A program made the position numbers and the translations under genes. The notes under the pieces were generated by a model. That model ran no database searches. It was not told the origin of the DNA and saw only the letters and a list, made by a program, of their open reading frames with translations. Below are positions 7,518 through 14,571 of a stretch of DNA of 48,888 bases, piece by piece (position 1 is the first letter of the stretch; each line of letters starts with the position of its first letter). Source of the DNA: a bacterium (GTDB lineage Bacteria > SZUA-182 > DTGQ01 > JAFGSM01); NCBI GenBank assembly GCA_049472335.1, contig JBLIRO010000037.1:1-48888 (forward strand), written 5' to 3'.

Positions 7518-9731
7518 TCATGCCTTGCAGATGCGACAATGAAGATACTGACCCTTGAACGGCCAACCACCCGAGATGGGATCGCACTTGTCTGGGGCAT
7601 CATCCGTGGTGATGTTGATATTCGATTCCCAAAGACCATGGAGACAGGGCTCTTCAGCAGGCAGCTCAGGAAACCACCAGTCATGCTGGGTACAGATATA
7701 CCCCGGATCAAAAGAGGTTGTCAATCTGGCCCGCTGCTTTGCTCTGCCGATAGGTGTTTCGATCCAAACCCAGTCTCCGTCCACAATTCCTTTTCTACGC
7801 GCAAGATCCACATGGATCTCGACAATGGGATCGGGTTGTCTCTTTCTGAAACCCTTCACGTGACGAAATTCACTGTGATGATAGGGCATGGTCCGGGCGC
7901 CACTTATATTTAACAACCTGTAAGTCTTATCTGTCCCGTCCATCCCTGTAGGTTCCTGATAATCCGGCAAAGGGTCGTATCCCAACCTCTCAAAGATCTT
8001 TGAATATATCTCTACCTTGCCTGATGGAGTTGCCAGCGGACCATTTTTACATACACCCGGTTTAGGTGGGGTCACCTCCCATCTCTGCTGACGTATGAAC
8101 TCAGAAAGCGTTTTTACACCCCGTTTTTCCATGATTTCTTTCAGTCTGTATTCCCAAACCTCCTCAAAGGTTTGAAAAGGCCAGTATTCACCCTGCCCCA
8201 GACGAATGCCCAAACCGCGCCAGAACTCATAATCTTTCAGGCGTTCATATTTGCCGGGAACAGTCGCAGGCAAAGCTGCTTCACCTATTTGAACCAGGGG
8301 ATAAGCCCCGACGGAGGCAAAATTCCCCATGTCAGGTCTCTCCATCCAGCAGGCGGCAGGAAGTACATAATCGGAAATGAGAGCAGTAGGTGTCCATGTG
8401 ATATCAAACGTCACCAGCAGGTCCGTCGCCTTGAGGGCCTTGTAGACAAGCTTCGTATTGGCATAGGAAAGGAGCGGATTGCTGGCGGACACTATGACAC
8501 CCTTCACCGGATAGGGCTTTTGAGTCAGGATGGCCCGAAATACACTGGGAGCATGGGCCATACAATTCAGATAAGCTGCCGCGGGATGCCGGTCGCCCCA
8601 TTTTCTGCGAAGCTGTTCCTCTATAAGCTCCCAACCGGGATAGCTCAGAAGCCGAAAACGATCACTCCCTATCTGTTTGCAGCGCTGTTCCGGTGGCAGC
8701 ATGTGGTTGAGCTCCAAAAGGGCATCGGGCAAAAAACCCTCACACGGTCCAGCTATAAGACCGCCCCCTTCCACATCAATGCTGCCGCATATGGCCCTGA
8801 GTATATTCATGGCGCGTATGGCTTGAATACTATTCGGGGCGCTATGTTCGGCAGCGACACCGATTACCATATTGGAGGGCTGGTTGGCTGCGAAAAACCT
8901 GGCTATCTCCTGCAGTTTCCAAGGGGGCAAACCGGTAATGAAGGCCACCCTCTCAGGGGTATATTGCCCAATTCTTTCTTTAAGCTGCGGGAAGCCTGAT
9001 GTATGGTCTTCTACGAACCTTTTGTCGTAAAGGCCCTCCCTGATAATCACATGCATCATGCCCAGGGCAAGGGCGGCATCTGTGCCCGGCTTCACCTGAA
9101 CCCACAAATCGGCCTGTCGCGCCGGCTCCGTGCATCGGGGGTCCAGCACCATGGTCTTTATTCCGGCTTGTCTTGCTTTTTTGAAGCTATGCCATGAGGA
9201 GGGACCTCCCTCATGAGGATTCCGTCCCCAAAGAACCATCATGCGTGTCTTGCCCGGCTTTCGGTCCGGTACAATGGCGCCGCCGAATGTGGTGAACCAG
9301 ACGACGCTTCGGGGTCCGTAACAGATGGTAACCGCACCGAAGCGATTGGGGCTCCCGAAAAGATTCATGAAACGCGTTTTGGCAAAATCCCAGGCGCCAC
9401 GGCCTGTTCCGGAACTTGTGGCCAGAGCTTCCGCGCCGTAACGCTTACGAATCAAGTCTAACCTTTCCACGATTTCGTCGAATGCCCGGTCCCATGAGAT
9501 CTGTTCCCATTGGTTGGCGCCACGTTCACCGAGGCGTTTCATTGGATAGTTAAGCCTGAAGGGATGTTCCTGGTATTCCTTTGCCAGAGTCGGCCGAACG
9601 CAGAAAGAACCCGGGATCACAGGGGCCTTCGTGTCAACTGACACCTTCCGCACCCGGCCCTCTTCTACATAAACCTTCATGGCACAACCCTTACTGGTGC
9701 AGAAGAAGCAGTTGGAATACCTTATTTCCAT
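7518..9731 (-). CDS. Cytoplasmic Mo/W-bisPGD enzyme of the acetylene-hydratase-like branch of the DMSO reductase family
   Basis: N-terminal CFFC...C...C [4Fe-4S] motif, RFMNLFGSPN...ICYG metal-ligand Cys segment, PGTDAALALGM, TPSGKVEI, C-terminal dinucleotide-binding domain; no Tat signal. Confidence 0.85.
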   Translation of the reverse strand: MEIRYSNCFFCTSKGCAMKVYVEEGRVRKVSVDTKAPVIPGSFCVRPTLAKEYQEHPFRLNYPMKRLGERGANQWEQISWDRAFDEIVERLDLIRKRYGAEALATSSGTGRGAWDFAKTRFMNLFGSPNRFGAVTICYGPRSVVWFTTFGGAIVPDRKPGKTRMMVLWGRNPHEGGPSSWHSFKKARQAGIKTMVLDPRCTEPARQADLWVQVKPGTDAALALGMMHVIIREGLYDKRFVEDHTSGFPQLKERIGQYTPERVAFITGLPPWKLQEIARFFAANQPSNMVIGVAAEHSAPNSIQAIRAMNILRAICGSIDVEGGGLIAGPCEGFLPDALLELNHMLPPEQRCKQIGSDRFRLLSYPGWELIEEQLRRKWGDRHPAAAYLNCMAHAPSVFRAILTQKPYPVKGVIVSASNPLLSYANTKLVYKALKATDLLVTFDITWTPTALISDYVLPAACWMERPDMGNFASVGAYPLVQIGEAALPATVPGKYERLKDYEFWRGLGIRLGQGEYWPFQTFEEVWEYRLKEIMEKRGVKTLSEFIRQQRWEVTPPKPGVCKNGPLATPSGKVEIYSKIFERLGYDPLPDYQEPTGMDGTDKTYRLLNISGARTMPYHHSEFRHVKGFRKRQPDPIVEIHVDLARRKGIVDGDWVWIETPIGRAKQRARLTTSFDPGYICTQHDWWFPELPAEEPCLHGLWESNINITTDDAPDKCDPISGGWPFKGQYLHCRICKA

Positions 9732-9732
9732 G

Positions 9733-10848
9733 TTAGATTTGCGCGATCATCTTCTCAAGCGTGGGCAGCCCGTCTCCTGGTTTTTCGTTCTGCCATGCCA
9801 CCCAATCACGGAGTTTTTCCAGGGCACGGCCGTCAGATACGGCTTCTCTTGCCATCCGAAGCCCTTCTTTGAGGTCTCCGGCTTTACCTGTAATGTACAG
9901 TAGCGGCGCGGCATTTAGACAAACTATATCGCTGCGGGGCCCCTTGTCCTTGCCCGCGATCACACGAAGCAATGCCAGTGCGTCCCTCTGCACATCACGG
10001 GTGGAAGCCACGTCATCAAATTTTGCACGGTTTATGCCGAAGTCTTCCGGTGTAAGTGTGAAGTTTTTAATAGATCCGTCTTCTGTCAATTCAGCCACAT
10101 GTGTGGTTCCAAGGGTGGATATCTCGTCCATACCCTTGCCGGATTCATCATCCAGACCATGCATTACAAAGGCCCTTTTGAAACCCAATTCTCTTAATGT
10201 CTTGACCTCGATATCGATCATCTCCTGGTTCGGCACACCCATGACCTTGTATGTAGGCATGGTGGGATTCAGTAATGGTCCGACAAGATTGATGGCCGAC
10301 CCGAACCTTATCTGAGAAAGCACCCGGGCCAGAGTCTTCGGATGCACGGTAGGCAGAAAGGCGTTCCACGCGCAGATGCCGGCATTCTCTATGCTCTTTT
10401 TCGGGATCTCAGGGGCGGATTCCACATTTACCCCAAAGGCTTCAACAACATCGATGGCGCCACAGTTGGAGGAGATTGCCCGTGCCGCATGGCGCACCAC
10501 ATAAAGGCCCAATGCGGAGGAAATGATAGCGGCACCGGAACTTATGTTTATCGTTTTGAGTGTGTCAGCGCCGGTCCCGCAGTTGTCGATCAAAGGCTCA
10601 GGGGCGTCCACCTCGACCTTCAGGGTATCATATTCATAAAGCGCCTCGAAAGTACCTGCCACCTCTTCAGGTGTCTCGGGCTTTGCCTTCAGCGCGCCAA
10701 TAAACGCCCCCTGCTGCAAGTCGCTCTGTTCCTCTTCGCAGATCTGTCTCCAGCATTCCTTCGCCTCTTCTCTTGTAATGTTTTCACCATGTGTCAGACG
10801 TACTACAATAGCGCCAAATCTTCTCCATCGATCCTCTTTGCTTTCCAT
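9733..10848 (-). CDS. Divergent anthranilate phosphoribosyltransferase (TrpD)-like protein
   Basis: DNCGTGADTLKTINISS PRPP loop, NLVGPLLNP, GMDEIS; but KHGN is replaced by RHAA. Confidence 0.85.
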   Translation of the reverse strand: MESKEDRWRRFGAIVVRLTHGENITREEAKECWRQICEEEQSDLQQGAFIGALKAKPETPEEVAGTFEALYEYDTLKVEVDAPEPLIDNCGTGADTLKTINISSGAAIISSALGLYVVRHAARAISSNCGAIDVVEAFGVNVESAPEIPKKSIENAGICAWNAFLPTVHPKTLARVLSQIRFGSAINLVGPLLNPTMPTYKVMGVPNQEMIDIEVKTLRELGFKRAFVMHGLDDESGKGMDEISTLGTTHVAELTEDGSIKNFTLTPEDFGINRAKFDDVASTRDVQRDALALLRVIAGKDKGPRSDIVCLNAAPLLYITGKAGDLKEGLRMAREAVSDGRALEKLRDWVAWQNEKPGDGLPTLEKMIAQI

Positions 10849-10959
10849 GTCCTTGCACTCCTAACCTTACTTAATTTTAATATGTTATTGTCTCATTAAA
10901 CTATACATTAAGCATCAAAAGACCCAAACCCATAATCAAAATTGCTGTAATAGTTCAGC

Positions 10960-11113
10960 TCACCACAGAGGCACGGAGACACAGAGAAAAATCTAAAGAC
11001 AGGCCTCTTGATTCCCTGAATGCCAATGAACTTCTCTTTCGTTGCTGATATTATCCGCTCCGCAAGTTTTCCTTCCAGAATCATTTCTCAGTGTCTCTGT
11101 GTCTCTGTGGTGA
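10960..11113. mobile_element. Palindromic cassette with 30-bp terminal inverted repeats enclosing a remnant of a GxxExxY-like gene
   Basis: TCACCACAGAGGCACGGAGACACAGAGAAA (10960-10989) vs reverse complement of 11084-11113, 27/30 identical; internal minus-strand reading MILEGKLAERIISA...GIKRPV. Confidence 0.65.
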
Positions 11114-11220
11114 AATTTCATGAATTGCTAAATTCATTCATGATTCTCTTTAAGATCAGTGTCAATAAAAAAACCTTATAATAAAAGACCTGACCCCGGA
11201 TACCCAGATACCCACAAAAC

Positions 11221-11892
11221 TTATAATCTCTTATATACAACATACAAATAATCGCCCATGACATCCGTCTTGTCCAGCCGGAATCTGGGAATGTTCCCCC
11301 TCGGCCAGAATGCGCTTCTTTCCACCGGAGTGATGGATGTAGAGCCGCCAATTACAAAGGGACAAATAATCAGGTGGATCTCATCATATAAACCAGCGGC
11401 AATCATTGACCGGTGCACTGTGCCGCCGCCCTCCACCACCAAGCGCCGAATATCGAATTGCTCGCACAGAATATTCATGAGCGGAGGCAGGTCCACATAC
11501 TTTCCATGACCTGCTGTCACGATATGTGCACCCTTTTTCCTGAAGGCCTCTACCTTATCGGGTGACGCGTCTTTAGTAACAGCCACGATCATTGGCGCAT
11601 CCTTGTTCAAGACCCTTGCGGTCAGGGGGATCTCAGCCAATCCGTCCAGCACTATGCGTATGGGATTCCGGCCCTTGTTATCCCTCAGGGTGAGACGCGA
11701 ATCATCCAAAAGGATGCAATTCAATCCCACCATGATTCCATCCACGTCTGTGCGCCGGGCATTATGAAATCTCATGATCTTCTCATCTATGAGTGATGGT
11801 CCCACAGGGTTTGGCTGACCGGGATGACGCCTGGGAGATATCTTGCCGTCCAGGCTTACAGCCACAAGCATAAATGTGTATGGTCTTTTCAT
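11221..11892 (-). CDS. RibD C-terminal-domain (DHFR-fold) NAD(P)H reductase
   Basis: AVSLDGKI, DGIMVGLN, RIVLDG, VVEGGG, ICPFVIGG; start at MKRPYT chosen from RBS (ORF track start 11916). Confidence 0.88.
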   Translation of the reverse strand: MKRPYTFMLVAVSLDGKISPRRHPGQPNPVGPSLIDEKIMRFHNARRTDVDGIMVGLNCILLDDSRLTLRDNKGRNPIRIVLDGLAEIPLTARVLNKDAPMIVAVTKDASPDKVEAFRKKGAHIVTAGHGKYVDLPPLMNILCEQFDIRRLVVEGGGTVHRSMIAAGLYDEIHLIICPFVIGGSTSITPVERSAFWPRGNIPRFRLDKTDVMGDYLYVVYKRL

Positions 11893-11906
11893 TCCCTCAA
11901 CTTCCC

Positions 11907-12611
11907 TCAACAACACTTTGCTGATTTATTACTACCAAGGCCCTTCACAGCGGATACGAAATCCCGCATCAATTGTTCGTCCTTGACACCAGCCTCTTTT
12001 TCCACACCGCTTATCACATCAACCGCATAAGGCCTCACAATTTGAATGGCTTGAGAGACATTTCGGGATGTCAACCCTCCTGCCAGGATAAACGGCAGCG
12101 GGATCCGGGCCGATATATCTCTGATCCTGGTCCAATCCAACGGCACCCCCGTACCTGCCGGTCGAGCGGATGTCTTGGAATCCACAACCAGACCGGACAC
12201 TCCTGATTTCGATAGAATAGCACACGCATCAACAGGGTTCTTTACCGGGAATTGCGCCTCACCGGTATCCACATTGATCCGAAGCGCCTTCAGAACCTTG
12301 ATTCCGGTCCCGGCCAGTGCATTACAAATGGTCCTTATCTCCTCTAATGTTTCATCACCATGGAGCTGAAGAAAATGCGGCTTGACGGTTTTCGCTATAG
12401 CCAATATGTCTCTAACGGCTCCGCCGACCACAGCGGTCGTAGTGACAAACGGAGGCGCGGATGCAACAAGCCCGGCAGACCTTTGGCGAAGGATGTTCCA
12501 GGGAACCGGCACAGGATATTCTGTGACAAAACCCAGAGAATCCGCTCCGGCAGCTACTGCCATATCTATATCATTGCGGCTCATGAGACCGCATATCTTG
12601 ACGCGTGTCAT
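11907..12611 (-). CDS. Phosphoribosylanthranilate isomerase (TrpF)-like protein
   Basis: RVKICG, LQLHGDET, VVDS...AGTG...DW, ILAGGL, AVDVISGVE. Confidence 0.88.
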   Translation of the reverse strand: MTRVKICGLMSRNDIDMAVAAGADSLGFVTEYPVPVPWNILRQRSAGLVASAPPFVTTTAVVGGAVRDILAIAKTVKPHFLQLHGDETLEEIRTICNALAGTGIKVLKALRINVDTGEAQFPVKNPVDACAILSKSGVSGLVVDSKTSARPAGTGVPLDWTRIRDISARIPLPFILAGGLTSRNVSQAIQIVRPYAVDVISGVEKEAGVKDEQLMRDFVSAVKGLGSNKSAKCC

Positions 12612-12615
12612 TGTG

Positions 12616-13326
12616 TTATTTATCAATCCGGGATATCAAATACGAAAGACATGAAGCCGGGTCGTCCGACTGCAAAAGGGCCGTACCCACAAGCACCGCA
12701 TCCGCGCCGGCATCGATGGCACGGCATATATCATCAGGGGTACGTAAGGAGCTCTCAGAAATTGTCACTATCCCGTTTGGAACCAGAGGTGCCAGTTCCT
12801 CTGTCACCCTTACGTCTCCTGAATCCTTCTCAAGTTCCAGTATGTCCCGATTATTAATACCAATAATAGTAGGGGATAACACTAGTGCCCGCTCCAACTC
12901 GGAACGGTTATGGATTTCCACCACCGCCTCCATACCCAGTTCGTATGTATGTTGATAAAGGAGTGAAACAAGGTGTTCAGGAATAGTTGCCATAATCATC
13001 AGTACTGCGGAAGCACCGGCCTCTCTTGATTGTTCTAGCTGTTCTAAGGAAGAGAGGAAGTCCTTTCTGAGAACCGGTAACGAAACTGCCTGTGCCACTT
13101 CCTTAAGTGTCCGGAGGCTTCCTCCAAAATGTTTTTCCTCAGTTACTACGGACAGGGCGCACGCCCCTGCGGCTGCCAAAGACCGGGCGAGATCCGATGG
13201 AGTTCGATTCCTTACCAGATCTCCATCCCGGGGAGAAAAAGGCTTTATGTCGGCAATCAAAGGGACTTCGCATCCTTTCCTGGCTTTCAGTATCGCGCTT
13301 GAAAACGGGCGATCATTCCTTATCAT
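12616..13326 (-). CDS. Divergent indole-3-glycerol-phosphate synthase (TrpC)-like protein
   Basis: SVVTEEKHFGGS, PVLRKDF, VEIH, GINNRD, LVGTAL; IAEVKRASPS appears as IADIKPFSPR and SESG as SESS; N-terminal helix absent. Confidence 0.85.
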   Translation of the reverse strand: MIRNDRPFSSAILKARKGCEVPLIADIKPFSPRDGDLVRNRTPSDLARSLAAAGACALSVVTEEKHFGGSLRTLKEVAQAVSLPVLRKDFLSSLEQLEQSREAGASAVLMIMATIPEHLVSLLYQHTYELGMEAVVEIHNRSELERALVLSPTIIGINNRDILELEKDSGDVRVTEELAPLVPNGIVTISESSLRTPDDICRAIDAGADAVLVGTALLQSDDPASCLSYLISRIDK

Positions 13327-13331
13327 GCTAT

Positions 13332-13610
13332 TCAGACAATGAATTCCGACCACATCTTTTCCATATCATGTTTTGAATAACATCTAAACGCCATATGCGT
13401 ATTGGTCTTTGTAATTCCATCAATACCGGCTATATCTTGTGCAACCAGGCTCGCCAGCAAATCGTATTCCTTCACCCGAATGAGCCCCATTATATCGTAC
13501 TCACCGGATACTGAATAGACCTCTGCCACCCCGTCAAGATTTATAAGGGCCTCTGCGACCCTATGGACCTTTCCAACTTCACAGTTAATCATTACAATAG
13601 CTGTGATCAT
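13332..13610 (-). CDS. Stand-alone Lrp/AsnC ligand-binding (RAM) domain protein
   Basis: GVAEVYSVSGEYDI...IAGIDGITKTNT; no HTH. Confidence 0.88.
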   Translation of the reverse strand: MITAIVMINCEVGKVHRVAEALINLDGVAEVYSVSGEYDIMGLIRVKEYDLLASLVAQDIAGIDGITKTNTHMAFRCYSKHDMEKMWSEFIV

Positions 13611-13663
13611 ATTGTACTCCTTTATATTAAAAGTGCTGAATTCAGAAGTGCTGTTTTTCCGTT

Positions 13664-14404
13664 TTAATTATTTTGCCCTTGTCCCTTGTTTTTCTCAAGG
13701 CTTAAATTTGTCAGTAAAAAAGGAGTGAACAAATAGCGAATCTTTTCCAATGAATCCTCTATAACAAGTGGCAATGCCCTGGCAAAAAGGTCCAACAACA
13801 CTATTGCATTTAACGATGAATCTGTTTTTGTTCCTGCTGATAAACGTTTTACAATTGCAGTATTTATAATTTGAAGATTTTCATATATTTTTTTCAGCCC
13901 TTCTAATTTAAAGTCAGCGTCTTTTCCATCATTTTTTAAAAAAAATTGCGCAAGCAAATACATCGATGTTGAGCGGTATATTGTTTCATTTTCGTTTGCC
14001 AGTGGCAGATGGAAACGAGCCATGGGCTTGAAAAACGCTGTAAAGGGACAGCCGCTTGTGGCCATGACCAGCCCCATTAATGAGCTTATGCCTTTTTGTG
14101 CCGTTGTGTTTTGAGAAACCGTTCTCTCCCTTGTAATGACATCTAAATGAACCTGATCATAAGATATCAGATCTTCAAATTCTTTTACGATGGCTGCTAG
14201 GTTGACTGCCAACGGACAATATTTGTGTGTTTTGGTGTTTAAAATGCAGTTAGGACATTTTTGAAAATCGAGGTTCGTCCATGACGGTAATGGATCCTGA
14301 TTACTAATTATCAGATCGAGATTTTTTGTATCTAATTTAAGATCGATAATCTTCTTTATCCCATTTGCCAAAGTGAAGCAGTATTGAATAGTTATGTTTT
14401 CCAT
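13664..14404 (-). CDS. Conserved hypothetical protein (DUF6901-like), Cys motifs CPNC...CP and SGCP
   Basis: GLVMATSGCP...KPMARFHLPLA...ETIYR motif; good RBS. Confidence 0.65.
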   Translation of the reverse strand: MENITIQYCFTLANGIKKIIDLKLDTKNLDLIISNQDPLPSWTNLDFQKCPNCILNTKTHKYCPLAVNLAAIVKEFEDLISYDQVHLDVITRERTVSQNTTAQKGISSLMGLVMATSGCPFTAFFKPMARFHLPLANENETIYRSTSMYLLAQFFLKNDGKDADFKLEGLKKIYENLQIINTAIVKRLSAGTKTDSSLNAIVLLDLFARALPLVIEDSLEKIRYLFTPFLLTNLSLEKNKGQGQNN

Positions 14405-14571
14405 CTACCTTCCTCCTATTTAAATAAAGCTCCACAACCAACCCAAGATGCAGGCAAAAAGGACAGGTCTTCGGTTGTTAGAACAAGTCTCTTTTTTTTA
14501 GGAAATATATCTTATTGCCGGAGCCTATGTCAATAAGGGTTTAAAAGAGGAGTGATTAAAGTTCTAAAACA

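Noticed and set aside
7518..9731. Selenocysteine recoding in the Mo/W enzyme
   Set aside because: The ORF is uninterrupted and the predicted metal ligand is an ordinary Cys.
9733..13326. Canonical tryptophan operon (trpD, trpF, trpC symbols)
   Set aside because: No trpA/B/E/G, altered substrate-binding motifs and foreign partner genes, so gene symbols were withheld.
5368..13376. Long antisense ORFs such as 5733-6311, 8172-8999, 9761-10315, 10342-10899, 12360-12857
   Set aside because: Shadow frames opposite well-supported GC-richer genes, with no recognisable motifs.
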